Shown: piece after piece, positions 10,736 through 21,036 of the stretch
How the letters are laid out: each line of letters starts with the position of its first letter
Position numbering within the stretch: the stretch's first letter is position 1
Assembly (NCBI GenBank): GCA_963845085.1
Contig: CAWJQI010000001.1
Coordinates: forward strand, 128,001 to 192,000
Source: Candidatus Fermentibacterota bacterium
GTDB taxonomy: Bacteria > Fermentibacterota > Fermentibacteria > Fermentibacterales > JCC-6
Direction of reading: 5' to 3'
DNA: 64,000 nucleotides
Translations under genes and position numbers: made by a program
The notes under the pieces: generated by a model
The model's input: only the letters and a program-made list of their open reading frames with translations
Database searches by the model: none
What the model was told of the DNA's origin: nothing

Positions 10736-12820
10736 ATGAGCAGGCAGTTCCCCCTGGAAAGGCTTCGGAACATTGGCATAATGGCCCACATCGACGCCGG
10801 CAAGACCACGGTCTCCGAGCGCATCCTCTTCTACACCGGAAGGTCCAGCAGGATCGGCGAAGTTCACGACGGCGCCGCCACGATGGACTGGATGGAACAG
10901 GAGCAGGAACGCGGCATCACGATTACGAGCGCGGCAACCACGACGGTCTGGAAGGACCACCAGATAAACCTGATCGACACCCCCGGCCACGTTGACTTCA
11001 CTGTTGAAGTCGAACGCAGCCTGAGGGTCCTCGACGGCGCGATCGCGCTGTTCTGCGGAGTCGGCGGAGTCGAGCCGCAGAGCGAGACGGTCTGGCGTCA
11101 GGCCGACAGGTACGGTGTTCCCCGTATCGCCTTCGTCAACAAGATGGACAGGGCGGGCGCGGATTTCTACGGCGTCCTCCGCTCCCTTCACGCGCGGCTC
11201 GGGGCGAACGCCATCCCCGTCACCATCCCGATAATCGGCGACTCAGGGCTCGAGGGCGTGGTTGACCTTGTCGACAATGTGGCCGTGTTCTACGACGAGA
11301 TCACGAGCGGCATGAAATGGCGCGAAGCGCCGATTCCCGAACACATGCGCGAGTCGGCCGAGCGGCAGCGCCTCATCCTTGTTGAGAAGGTCAGCGAAGT
11401 GGATGAAAGCCTTCTTGAAAAATTCTGCGAAGGCGTTCCGATCGGGAGGGAAGAGCTCTCACTCGCGATCCGCAAGGCAACTCATGCCCAGCTGGTCTGC
11501 CCGGTTCTCTGCGGAAGCGCCTACAAGAACAAGGGCATACAGAGGCTTCTCGATGCGGTGGTCGCCTATCTGCCAAGCCCGCTGGACCTTCCCCCGGTGA
11601 TCGGTGTCACCCCCGGCGACGGCTCCGAGGCCACAAGGGTTCCAAAGGACTCGGGAAGGCTTGCGGCCCTCGCCTTCAAGGTGGCCACCGACAAGCACAC
11701 CGGCAAGCTGGTTTTCGTGAGGATCTACAGCGGCACACTCGAAGCCGGCAGCTATGTCTACAACTCGACAAGAAAGATAAAGCAGCGCGTGGGGCGCATA
11801 CTGAGAATGCATGCCAACCGCCGCGAAGCCGTCGACTGTCTCTATTCGGGTGAGATCGGCGCTGTGATTGGCCTCTCCGAGACCGTAACGGGCGACACGC
11901 TCTCCTGTATCGACTCTCCGATAGTGCTCGAAGCCATCGAGTTCCCCGCACCAGTGCTCAGCGTGGCCCTCGCCACGGAAAAGAGGCAGGACCGTGACAA
12001 GCTCACCGATGCCCTCACGAAGCTTTCCGAGGAGGATCCCACCTTCATTGTCGAAACCCACGAAGAAACAGGAGAGACTCTTGTAAGCGGGATGGGCGAG
12101 CTCCACCTCGAGATAATCATCGACAGGCTGAAGCGCGAATTCAACGTTGAAACGAAAACATCGCCCCCCCGGGTGGCCTACCGCGAAACCATCACCGGCA
12201 GCACGGACTGGAACGAAAAGTTCGTGAAGCAGACCGGCGGCAAGGGCCAGTACGCACACATCATCTTCAAGCTCGCCCCGCTTCCCGCGGGAAGCGGGTT
12301 GGAGTTCGAGAACAAGGTGGTCGGGGGCAACATCCCGAGGGAGTACATCCCTGCCGTGGAAAAGGGCGTGATCGACGCCATGAAGCGGGGCGTGTACGCG
12401 AAATGCCCGGTGGTCGATGTCAGGTTCACCCTGCTCGACGGAACTTTCCATACCGTCGACTCGTCCGAGATGGCTTTCCGAACCTGCGCATCGATGGGAT
12501 TCACAAAGGCGTTCCTCAAATGCGCCCCCCAGATACTCGAGCCCGTCATGAGCGTTTCAGTGACAACTCCCGAGGACTATGCCGGGGGCGTCAGCGGCGG
12601 GATCTATGAGAAGCGCGGCACCATAACGGGAATGGATTCGCGGGGAACATCGAAGGAGATAAGGGCGATGGTGCCCCTCAGTGAGATGTTCGGTTACGCC
12701 ACCGATCTCCGGAACGCAACGCAGGGCAGGGCATCGTTCACGATGCAGTTCGAGCACTACGAGCCCGTTCCGGTAAGTGTCGCCGAAGAGATCGTGAAGA
12801 AGGCCAGGCGGACCGACTAG
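10736..12820 (+). CDS. fusA: Elongation factor G (stand-alone copy)
   Basis: [51 protein letters not shown]. Confidence 0.95.
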   Translation: MSRQFPLERLRNIGIMAHIDAGKTTVSERILFYTGRSSRIGEVHDGAATMDWMEQEQERGITITSAATTTVWKDHQINLIDTPGHVDFTVEVERSLRVLDGAIALFCGVGGVEPQSETVWRQADRYGVPRIAFVNKMDRAGADFYGVLRSLHARLGANAIPVTIPIIGDSGLEGVVDLVDNVAVFYDEITSGMKWREAPIPEHMRESAERQRLILVEKVSEVDESLLEKFCEGVPIGREELSLAIRKATHAQLVCPVLCGSAYKNKGIQRLLDAVVAYLPSPLDLPPVIGVTPGDGSEATRVPKDSGRLAALAFKVATDKHTGKLVFVRIYSGTLEAGSYVYNSTRKIKQRVGRILRMHANRREAVDCLYSGEIGAVIGLSETVTGDTLSCIDSPIVLEAIEFPAPVLSVALATEKRQDRDKLTDALTKLSEEDPTFIVETHEETGETLVSGMGELHLEIIIDRLKREFNVETKTSPPRVAYRETITGSTDWNEKFVKQTGGKGQYAHIIFKLAPLPAGSGLEFENKVVGGNIPREYIPAVEKGVIDAMKRGVYAKCPVVDVRFTLLDGTFHTVDSSEMAFRTCASMGFTKAFLKCAPQILEPVMSVSVTTPEDYAGGVSGGIYEKRGTITGMDSRGTSKEIRAMVPLSEMFGYATDLRNATQGRASFTMQFEHYEPVPVSVAEEIVKKARRTD

Positions 12821-13800
12821 CCGCTTCTCAGAACGGACCAGATCACAGCGTCCCTGTAGGTTCCGTCCTTCAGAAGGTAACCCCTGAGAAGCCCTTCCCG
12901 CTGCATGCCGGCCTTTTCAAGCACGCGTCCGCTGCCGGGGTTTTCTGTAAAATGAAGCGCACTTATCCTGTGAAGCCCCATTCTGTCGAAGCCGTATTTC
13001 AGAACGGCCATCACCGCCTCGGTGCAGTAGCCCCGGTTCCAGCGGGAGGGTGTGATCCAGTAACCGATCTCGGCAGATCCGGTCCTGGTCCGCATTATGC
13101 CGGTGCACCCGATCAACGCATCCGAAGCCTTCTCGACAACGGCGAAGACGCCTCCGGTTTCACCCAGGAAGTCATTGTACCTTCCGGACAGGAACACCTC
13201 GGCATCATGGAGGGTGTATGGATGGGGAACGCCTGCGGTTCCCTCGGCGATCACGGGATGGTCGGCGGCCGTGCGGAGCTCCTCCGCATCGGCGGTGCTG
13301 AACGCCCTGAGAGTGAGCCTTTCGGTCTCAAGCACTGGTTTCTCCCATACGGCCGGGTTCCTCTTCATGGAAACATGCCCGATCCTCACCCTGAACACGC
13401 AGGTGCCTTCCAGCGCGGCATCGGACACATCTGTCGCGGAACCGGAGAAATGCCCGAGAAGAACGGCCATGCCTGCCCTTTTCTCTTCGACAGAATCAAG
13501 GAATTCCACGGTACCCTCTCCGATGATGCTCTCGTAGTGGATGTCGTCGTGTCCCACGACCTCGAGAATGCGGGCGGATTCGAAGGTCACGGCGGGATTT
13601 CTTTTCAGAATGCCGATCTTTTCCCCCTCGAATGAGCTGTGGAAGTACAGGCAGCCCTCGCTGTATCCGAAACACATCGGCACGAGCCTGACATGACCGT
13701 CGGCTTCGATCCCGAGCGTGCAGGTTCTGAACCTCCGGAATGCAGCGGAAATCTCCCCCGGATCGGTGACTTCCCTGTCCTTGCGTCTCACTCTTTCCAT
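12817..13800 (-). CDS. Fusion of PNPOx-like flavin-binding (Nim-family) domain and RimJ/RimL GNAT acetyltransferase
   Basis: RRKDRE..VPMCFGY..LYFHS..EG.K..YESII; then LETERL.LR..AEIGYW...[18 protein letters not shown]. Confidence 0.85.
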   Translation of the reverse strand: MERVRRKDREVTDPGEISAAFRRFRTCTLGIEADGHVRLVPMCFGYSEGCLYFHSSFEGEKIGILKRNPAVTFESARILEVVGHDDIHYESIIGEGTVEFLDSVEEKRAGMAVLLGHFSGSATDVSDAALEGTCVFRVRIGHVSMKRNPAVWEKPVLETERLTLRAFSTADAEELRTAADHPVIAEGTAGVPHPYTLHDAEVFLSGRYNDFLGETGGVFAVVEKASDALIGCTGIMRTRTGSAEIGYWITPSRWNRGYCTEAVMAVLKYGFDRMGLHRISALHFTENPGSGRVLEKAGMQREGLLRGYLLKDGTYRDAVIWSVLRSG

Positions 13801-13878
13801 CTCCGCTCTTTTATGGCATTGTCATCACATGGAACAATCATGCGAAGAATATGCAAACAGGACAGGAGCGATAACCCC

Positions 13879-16800
13879 ATGAACTGCATCCTTGCACTGG
13901 GCCTCATCGCCTCGGTGATCAATGTGGCCGTTCCCGTGGAGACGGTCGTTTCGCGGGAAGACATTCAAAGCTCGGACCTGGGCGTTTCGGTAAGGACGGA
14001 GAACGGTCTGCCCGGCTGTATTCCCGGTGAACCCGATCTCCCGGCTGTTCCCGTGACCTTCGCCATTCCTTCCGGTGAGACCGCCGTATCTGTGGAGATC
14101 GTTGCGGCCGGCTGGGAAACTGTTCCGGGGCTTTACAATGTGAGGGCTCTTCAACCCCCCACGCCACTGGTCGAAGAAGCGCGGGAAGCCGTACCCCCCG
14201 ATCCGGCGATCTACGAAACTGCCGCCTTCTGGCCGGACCACCCGGCAATCCTCGCCGGAACATCATTCCGCGGCGGTACACCTACGGCCGAGATTCTCGT
14301 GTTCCCGTACCGCTGGAATCCCTCAACAGGAGAACTCCAGAGGCTTTCCGGCCTTGAATTGTCGATCCGAACGGAAACTGCCGGCCGCCTTCCTGTTCCC
14401 GAGGCGGACCAGGAATCGGCCCGAATGCTCATCGTAACGGTCCCATCCTTTGAGGGAGTTTTCAGCCAGCTTGCCCAGCGAAGGCACAGCGAGGGGATAC
14501 TGACCGAAGTGGTCACCATGGACGAGGTGCTTTCAGCGGCGGGCGGACGGGACGATGCCGAAGCGCTGCGCAACTACATCAAGTGGTACAGGCAGGAATA
14601 CGGCCTTGACTACGTGCTTCTCGGCGGCGACACCGAGCATGTTCCGATGCGGTACGCCTTCGCAATGGAGTGCCAGGCAGGCATCCATCCCAGGGAAGAC
14701 AGCCTTCCCTGCGACCTGTACTTTTCCGATCTCGACGGCGACTGGGATGCGAACGCGAACGGCGTTTTCGGAGAGGTGGAGGACGATGTAGATCTCTACC
14801 CCGATGTCTGGGTCGGGCGTGTCACCGTCAATGACGCCTTCGAGGCAACGGCATGGTACAACAAGCTGACGGCGTACGAAGACTGCATCAATGACGGCCA
14901 CCTGCAGGATGTTCTATTCATGGCCCAGGTGCTCTGGACCAACCCGTTCACGGACGGGGGCGTCAGCAAGAACGAGATCCAGTCGGCATGTCTGCCCGGT
15001 TTCATGAACGTCACGAAACTCTACCAGACACTTGGCAACCTGAGCGCCGCCACCGTGCTCGCAGCCATGTCAGAGGGTACGAACCTGCTGAACCACAACG
15101 GTCATGCCTGGTACAACGGCATGAGCATCGGGGGCAGCGAGTCGATAAGCGGCGCCTTCCTTGACGGAGTGGATTCGAACGGCCGTTACTCCGCCTTCTT
15201 CTACTCCATCGGATGCTGGAGCGCCGCATTCGACTTCGATGCCGTGGCGGAGCATTTCCTTACGAGTGCCGAAGGTTGCGGAGTGTGTTTCATAGGCAAT
15301 TCCAGCTACGGATGGGGATCGCCCGGCAACCCCGCCTACGGCTATTCGGACATACTCGACCGCTACTTCTTCCTGAGGCTCTACCAGGACAGGAACACCC
15401 GCATGGGGCAGATCCTTGCAGAGGCGAAGGATTTCTACATCCCGTACGGCAGGTGGGAGAACGTCTACCGATGGCACCTCTACCAGGTGAACCTTCTGGG
15501 CGATCCCTCCTTCAGACCGTACAGGAAGATCCCGGTCACTCCCGAACTGTCCTTCCCCGAATTCGTCACCGCGAACACCACCACGTTCCCCGTGCAGGTT
15601 TCCGGCTGCATGACCGAGGGGCTTCTGCTCTGTGTGCACGACGAGGGGAACAACCATCTCACGGCGATCCTCGATGCTTCCGGTTACCGGGTCTTCGAGC
15701 TCGGCTCCCCCCCGGTGGGAGCCATGACGGTGACCCTCACCGGAAGCGGTGTGAGGCGCACCAGCCTGAACTGCCCGCAGGGCACCGGTCCTGGCCCGGT
15801 GATCTCCGGCTTCCTGATCGATGATACCGGCGATGACGGGTACCTCTCCCCCGGCGATCAGGCCCAGATCTCGCTTTCCCTCACAAACCAGGGAACCGAA
15901 CCCGTCACCGGCGTTTCCCTCGAGGCTCAACTGGTTTCCGGCCCCGCACAGCTCATCGAAAACTCCATGACCTTCCCCGACCTTGCCCCGGGAGCATCGG
16001 GCACCGGTTCCGGGCCGCTTTCACTTTCCATCGACGACGATGCGTTGAACAACGAGTCGGTCAGCCTCATGCTGACCCTTTCAGCCCAGCAGGGCACCTG
16101 GGAGATTCCGGTTTCCATGCTGGTGCATGCACCTGGCCTTTATTTCGCAACGTACTCGGTCGATGACGGGGGGGACATGGTCCCCGAGCCCGGGGAAACC
16201 TTCTCCCTGATCATGTCGATAGCAAACACCGGCCTGCTCGACGCCCCCGACGCCTCGGCGGTCATCACCTCCCACCCGTCGTGGATGTCGTTCGCCTCCG
16301 ATACGGCGTTCAGTCCCCTGGTTCCTGCAGGCTCTACCGCGGAACTGCTGTTTGAGTGCACGCTTGCCCCCGAAGCCCCCTCCCCCTCCTTCCCGTGGCT
16401 CATGATGAGCCTTTCGACACCCTCGACCGGGTACGAAAGGGCCGACTCGATGAGGCTCACGATCGGCGAAACAGGCGTGATGAACGATGTAGAGGGCGGT
16501 TCGGAGGGCTGGACTCACGGAGGAACGGGTGACCTTTGGAGGGTGACCGAACTCGACAGCCACTCCCCGACCCACAGCTGGCAGTGCGGAAACGACCAGG
16601 GCTATCAGAACGGCATGAACTGCTGGCTCCTGAGCCCCTCCATGCATCTTGCCCCGAACTCATCGCTCAGTTTCTGGACCACGTTCGACGTGGCGATGTA
16701 CGGTTCCGACGGGCTGTACCCGATCCTCCACAACATGACCGTGATGAGTTCGGACACGCTTGACTTCATCGGTTCGGGCGGTGCGCTCTACGGAAGTGGA

Positions 16801-17244
16801 AAGGGCATGGGAACGGGGTGGGTCGGCTTCTCATACGACCTGTCCTCGACCGACCCTGAAGACCTGTATCAAATCGAGTTCCGCTTTCAATCCGACATGG
16901 ACGGCTCTCTGGGCCTTGGTTTCTTCCTTGACGACATACTGGTCTCGGGGGGTTATCAGGGCAACCTCGGGGTCAGTGGTCCAGCGCCTGCCGTACCCGT
17001 TCTCGGATACCCCTCGCCCAACCCGTCCGCCAGCGGTTTCTCGCTCCCGATCAACATCGTTGAACCCTGTGTTTTCACCGTGGGAGTCTACGACCTCTCG
17101 GGCAGGCTTGTGAGGAAAATGTCGGGAGAGGGCCCCTTCAGGGGCGAATTCTTCATCGCAACTGAAGGTCTCGCTTCGGGGGTCTACATGCTTGCACTCT
17201 CCGGGCCGGCCGAACTCACACGAAGGGTGGTGGTGCTCCGCTAG
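13879..17244 (+). CDS. C25 (gingipain-like) cysteine peptidase with propeptide, Ig-like domains and T9SS CTD
   Basis: PGEPDLP propeptide, YVLLGGD, DLYFSDLDGDWD, VGR, NHNGH (His), SIGC (Cys), NLLGDP; CTD PNPS..YDLSGRLV..SGVY. Confidence 0.9.
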   Translation: MNCILALGLIASVINVAVPVETVVSREDIQSSDLGVSVRTENGLPGCIPGEPDLPAVPVTFAIPSGETAVSVEIVAAGWETVPGLYNVRALQPPTPLVEEAREAVPPDPAIYETAAFWPDHPAILAGTSFRGGTPTAEILVFPYRWNPSTGELQRLSGLELSIRTETAGRLPVPEADQESARMLIVTVPSFEGVFSQLAQRRHSEGILTEVVTMDEVLSAAGGRDDAEALRNYIKWYRQEYGLDYVLLGGDTEHVPMRYAFAMECQAGIHPREDSLPCDLYFSDLDGDWDANANGVFGEVEDDVDLYPDVWVGRVTVNDAFEATAWYNKLTAYEDCINDGHLQDVLFMAQVLWTNPFTDGGVSKNEIQSACLPGFMNVTKLYQTLGNLSAATVLAAMSEGTNLLNHNGHAWYNGMSIGGSESISGAFLDGVDSNGRYSAFFYSIGCWSAAFDFDAVAEHFLTSAEGCGVCFIGNSSYGWGSPGNPAYGYSDILDRYFFLRLYQDRNTRMGQILAEAKDFYIPYGRWENVYRWHLYQVNLLGDPSFRPYRKIPVTPELSFPEFVTANTTTFPVQVSGCMTEGLLLCVHDEGNNHLTAILDASGYRVFELGSPPVGAMTVTLTGSGVRRTSLNCPQGTGPGPVISGFLIDDTGDDGYLSPGDQAQISLSLTNQGTEPVTGVSLEAQLVSGPAQLIENSMTFPDLAPGASGTGSGPLSLSIDDDALNNESVSLMLTLSAQQGTWEIPVSMLVHAPGLYFATYSVDDGGDMVPEPGETFSLIMSIANTGLLDAPDASAVITSHPSWMSFASDTAFSPLVPAGSTAELLFECTLAPEAPSPSFPWLMMSLSTPSTGYERADSMRLTIGETGVMNDVEGGSEGWTHGGTGDLWRVTELDSHSPTHSWQCGNDQGYQNGMNCWLLSPSMHLAPNSSLSFWTTFDVAMYGSDGLYPILHNMTVMSSDTLDFIGSGGALYGSGKGMGTGWVGFSYDLSSTDPEDLYQIEFRFQSDMDGSLGLGFFLDDILVSGGYQGNLGVSGPAPAVPVLGYPSPNPSASGFSLPINIVEPCVFTVGVYDLSGRLVRKMSGEGPFRGEFFIATEGLASGVYMLALSGPAELTRRVVVLR

Positions 17245-17305
17245 CGGGAACCACGGCCCCCGTTCAGCAGTATCATCCGGGAGGGAAGAGAGGAATTCTT
17301 CTGCA

Positions 17306-18229
17306 ATGCGCATAGGAACCGGAATGCTCCTGGTGACAATGGGGGTTGTAGGGCTTCTCGCCTTCGGAGAAAACGGAGAGACCATGGAATTGAGGCAACT
17401 GACCCCCGAGGAGGAAAGGGTCATCCTTCATGGTGGCACCGAACTCCCCTTCTCGGGTGAATACGTGGACCACTTCGAGGACGGCACATACCACTGCAAG
17501 CGCTGCGGCGCTGCCCTTTTCGACTCGGCGGACAAGTTCGCCACCGGCTGCGGATGGCCATCTTTCGATGGCGAGATCCCCGGCGCCGTTGCCAGAAGGC
17601 CTGATCCTGACGGGCTTCGCACCGAGATCACATGCTCGGCCTGCGGCGCCCATCTCGGGCATGTTTTCGAGGGGGAGGGGCTTTCTCCCGCGAATCTGCG
17701 CCACTGTGTCAATTCGATCTCCATCGAGTTCCGGGAACGCTTGGAGACGGAAACGGCGGTGTTCGCGGGAGGGTGCTTCTGGGGTGTGGAACACTATTTC
17801 AGCGGTGTGGAGGGAGTGCTACGCGCAACTTCAGGCTACACCGGCGGATACATGGAAAGCCCCACCTACCGCGAGGTGTGCTCCGGGGAAACCGGGCATG
17901 CCGAGGCCGTCGAGGTTGTGTTCGATCCCTCGGTAGTGACCTTTGAAGAACTGGCGAGACGGTTCTTCGAAATACACGACCCCACCACCCCGAACCGTCA
18001 GGGAGTGGATACTGGAAACCAGTACAGATCGGCGGTTTTTTACACGTCGGATGAACAGAGGGAGATCGTTGACCGACTCATCTCGCTCCTGCGTGACAGG
18101 GGTTTCCAGGTTGTCACCGAGGTCAGGCCGCTTGATGTTTTCTGGCCGGCCGAAGACTACCATCAGGATTACTATTTGAAAAACGGGGGACGCTCCTACT
18201 GCCACACCAGGGTCAGCCGATTCGACTGA
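17306..18229 (+). CDS. msrAB: Bifunctional methionine sulfoxide reductase MsrB-MsrA (alternative start 17384)
   Basis: MsrB GTE.PFSG, CKRC, GCGWPSF, HLGHVF, RHCVNS; MsrA GGCFWG, GHAE, HDPT, AEDYHQDY. Confidence 0.92.
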   Translation: MRIGTGMLLVTMGVVGLLAFGENGETMELRQLTPEEERVILHGGTELPFSGEYVDHFEDGTYHCKRCGAALFDSADKFATGCGWPSFDGEIPGAVARRPDPDGLRTEITCSACGAHLGHVFEGEGLSPANLRHCVNSISIEFRERLETETAVFAGGCFWGVEHYFSGVEGVLRATSGYTGGYMESPTYREVCSGETGHAEAVEVVFDPSVVTFEELARRFFEIHDPTTPNRQGVDTGNQYRSAVFYTSDEQREIVDRLISLLRDRGFQVVTEVRPLDVFWPAEDYHQDYYLKNGGRSYCHTRVSRFD

Positions 18230-18265
18230 TGCCCCGGTTTGGAAAGGCTTGCAGAACGGGCAGGT

Positions 18266-18865
18266 TCATCGGGTCAGCGCGGACATGTGCGGATCGAGCG
18301 CCCTTAAAGCCCTCGCCCTGTGGCTGACCATGTTCTTCTCGGCAGGGGTTGCTGCTGCGAAGGTCTTCCCCAGTTCCGTGCAGTAGAAGACGGGGTCGTA
18401 CCCGAACCCCCCCGAGCCCTCCGGAGAGAGGGTTACAAGTCCCTTGACGGCCCCCTCCACCACCGTCTCCGCCCCATCTGGCGTGACAAGGGCGGCTGCA
18501 GTGCGAAACTCGGCCCTTCTTGTCTCCCCCTCCTCCCCGAGAAGCGAGTTCAGAAGCTTGCGGACGTTGTCGGAGTAGCTGCAGTCCCTTCCGGCATACC
18601 TTGCGGAATAAACGCCGGGGGCTCCGCCGAGGGCCATGACGAAGAGCCCGGTGTCTTCGGCCACGGCAGGCAGCCCTGTCTCGTGTGAGGCGGCACGCGC
18701 CTTTATCAGGGCGTTCTCGCGTATCGTGAGCCCCGTCTCCTCGACGTCCCAATCCGGCTTCCATTCGAGAATGGACACGAAGTCATACCGGGGGAGGATG
18801 AGGAGGATCTCCCTGAGTTTGTCAGGATTTCCGCTCGCGATGACGAACCTGGGGGAAGCGGTCAT
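18266..18865 (-). CDS. rdgB: Non-canonical purine NTP pyrophosphatase
   Basis: ASGN.DK..E, ENA.IKA, PGVYSAR, GFGYDP, KN.VSHR. Confidence 0.93.
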   Translation of the reverse strand: MTASPRFVIASGNPDKLREILLILPRYDFVSILEWKPDWDVEETGLTIRENALIKARAASHETGLPAVAEDTGLFVMALGGAPGVYSARYAGRDCSYSDNVRKLLNSLLGEEGETRRAEFRTAAALVTPDGAETVVEGAVKGLVTLSPEGSGGFGYDPVFYCTELGKTFAAATPAEKNMVSHRARALRALDPHMSALTR

Positions 18866-19590
18866 TCCCCGACCGCCTCCATCTGAAGCGGAACCACCTC
18901 TTCCATGATGGCCTTCCTGGCAAGCTCGGCCATCCCGGAAAGCTCGGAGAGCTCAGCCGGCTCCTTCTCTGCGGTGGCCTGCATCTCTATGATCTTTCCA
19001 TCGGCTGTTGCGACTACATTCATGTCGAGATCGGCAACGGAATCCTCCTCGTAGCAGAGGTCAAGAAGAACGCCGGACGGTGTCATCCCAAGGCTGATCC
19101 CGCCCACCCAGCAGCGCCACGGGTCGTGCTGCAGGACCCTGTCGGAGAGCAGACGGAGTATGGCAAGGCGAAGGGCCACGGCGCCGCCGGTAACCGATGC
19201 CACCCTTGTGCCCCCGTCGGCCGAAAGGACGTCGCAATCGATTGTCACCTGACGTTCGCCGAGTTTCTCGAGGTTGACGCACTGCCTGAGACTTCGACCG
19301 ACAAGACGCTGGATCTCCTGCGTCCTGCCCTTCAGGATTGACCCCCTGTCCCTCCGGATCCGCCTGTTGCCGCTGCCGGGAAGCATGTCGTACTCGGCGG
19401 TTATCCAGCCGCAACCCTTTCCCTGCATGAAGTAGGGAACCCTGTTCTCGAAGGTTGCGGAGCAGAGAACACGGGTTTCACCCCAGCTGACGAGTACGCT
19501 TCCGTGGGGCTGCGGTTGATAGCCAATCTCGAACTCGATGTCACGGATCTGGAAGGGAAGCCTTCCGTCCGTCCTTTTCGCATCAGGCAT
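18862..19590 (-). CDS. rph: Ribonuclease PH
   Basis: GWITAEY.MLP, GRTQEIQRLVGRSLR, DCDVL.ADGGTR, DLCYEED. Confidence 0.95.
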   Translation of the reverse strand: MPDAKRTDGRLPFQIRDIEFEIGYQPQPHGSVLVSWGETRVLCSATFENRVPYFMQGKGCGWITAEYDMLPGSGNRRIRRDRGSILKGRTQEIQRLVGRSLRQCVNLEKLGERQVTIDCDVLSADGGTRVASVTGGAVALRLAILRLLSDRVLQHDPWRCWVGGISLGMTPSGVLLDLCYEEDSVADLDMNVVATADGKIIEMQATAEKEPAELSELSGMAELARKAIMEEVVPLQMEAVGE

Positions 19591-20386
19591 GTTCACCAAC
19601 CTGTATCTGGGTTACCAGAGAAACCGCCCTGCCCAGGAACCTCTGGGCGATCTCCTGAAACTTCAGTGGAATGTCGCTCACATAAAAACTGTTTACGCCC
19701 TGGCTTCCAGAGCGGGCTATCCCGTTCCCGGAAAGGATCTCCCGGACCTTCGTGGCCGTGGCCAGAGCGGAATCAACAAGGGCAACCCTCTCACCCAGCA
19801 CCTTCGTGAAGAGAGGTTTCAGGAGCGGATAATGCGTGCAGCCGAGAACCAGGGTGTCTATGCCCTCGCTCATGAGAGGGGTCGTGTACTCCCTGATAAC
19901 GGCCTCGGTGATGCGGTGGTCAAGCCAGCCCTCCTCGACGAGGGGCACCAGCAGGGGACTGGGCTGCGCGGACACGGCTCTTACCCCGAGTTCGATCAGG
20001 GCGTGCTGGTATGCGCCGCTGGCGATGGTGCCGTGGGTGCCGATCACCCCCACCCTTCCGTTTACGGTCAGGGAACGCGCCATTTCCGCGCCCGGGATGA
20101 TCACACCGACAACCGGAACATCAAGGGCTTCGCGAAGCGCGGGCAGGCTGACCGAACTGGCGGTGTTGCAGGCGACAACGATCATCTTGACCCGTTTGCC
20201 GATAAGAAAGGCTGCATCCTCGAGGGAAAACCTGATGACGGTTTCGGGTGATTTCGAGCCGTACGGCACTCTGGCGGTATCACCGAAGTAAAGCACCGAT
20301 TCCGACGGGAGCAACTCGTTGAGAGCCCTGACTACGGTCAGCCCCCCCACTCCCGAATCGAAGACCCCGATCGGAGCTGTGTTCAT
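19583..20386 (-). CDS. murI: Glutamate racemase
   Basis: FDSGVGGLTV, VACNTAS, LGCTHYP. Confidence 0.96.
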   Translation of the reverse strand: MNTAPIGVFDSGVGGLTVVRALNELLPSESVLYFGDTARVPYGSKSPETVIRFSLEDAAFLIGKRVKMIVVACNTASSVSLPALREALDVPVVGVIIPGAEMARSLTVNGRVGVIGTHGTIASGAYQHALIELGVRAVSAQPSPLLVPLVEEGWLDHRITEAVIREYTTPLMSEGIDTLVLGCTHYPLLKPLFTKVLGERVALVDSALATATKVREILSGNGIARSGSQGVNSFYVSDIPLKFQEIAQRFLGRAVSLVTQIQVGEHA

Positions 20387-21036
20387 CGCCTGCTGAACAC
20401 CCCGGGAACCCCTGCAAGGGGTGTGCCGGACGCGTCGGTGTCAACCGGCTGCCCGTTCACAATGGGGACAAGCAGGGTGTAGCAGACAAACCTGCTCTCA
20501 ATGGTTCTTTTCAATCCTTCAACGTCGAGCTGCCTGGGCATGTCAACGTAGAGGGTGTCGTAATTGTTGAACGCCCAGAGCCTTTCCATCTCGGATTCGT
20601 CGAGGCCGGAAGCTCGTCCCCAGGATTCCACGAGGAACTGGGTCTCGACAGGGATGAAGTCAGGGTTGTCGGCGGACGGGATCGTGTCAACCAGCGGAGA
20701 GGAGTTCGCCGTAACGTAAACCGAGCAGGGGGAGACCGGCCAGCGGGAATCCCAGGGGGCGGGTTCCTCAAGTGACAGGTCGTACTCGCCGGGTGTGAAC
20801 TCGACTATTCTGAGCGTATCCGAAACCTGCGGCTCAGCGGCCACGGTTTCCTCTTCAGGCTCGGGAACATCCTGAATGTTCAACTTCCGGTTGATGATGC
20901 TCATTGCGACGGATGACCAGAGCCCCATGAGGGCGGCTATCCCGGCAACGATCAGCACGGACCGTACCATGTATTTCGAAGATACCTTTTCGCTGAATCT
21001 TGCAGCGGGCCTGTTTCGGGACGGCGCCGGGCTCAA
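20383..21036 (-). CDS. Membrane-anchored hypothetical protein, possibly a divergent GerMN domain
   Basis: N-terminal TM; TLYVD and IVNG segments; sits between the amidase and murI. Confidence 0.55.
   Translation of the reverse strand: MSPAPSRNRPAARFSEKVSSKYMVRSVLIVAGIAALMGLWSSVAMSIINRKLNIQDVPEPEEETVAAEPQVSDTLRIVEFTPGEYDLSLEEPAPWDSRWPVSPCSVYVTANSSPLVDTIPSADNPDFIPVETQFLVESWGRASGLDESEMERLWAFNNYDTLYVDMPRQLDVEGLKRTIESRFVCYTLLVPIVNGQPVDTDASGTPLAGVPGVFSRR

Noticed and set aside
10736..12820. EF-G outside the str operon as a novelty or a TetM-like resistance factor
   Set aside because: Second EF-G copies are common; it has canonical EF-G motifs and full length
13879..17244. Calling the C25 protein PorU
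   Set aside because: Propeptide plus C25 plus Ig domains fits a gingipain-like cargo equally well; it is not adjacent to porV; needs phylogeny
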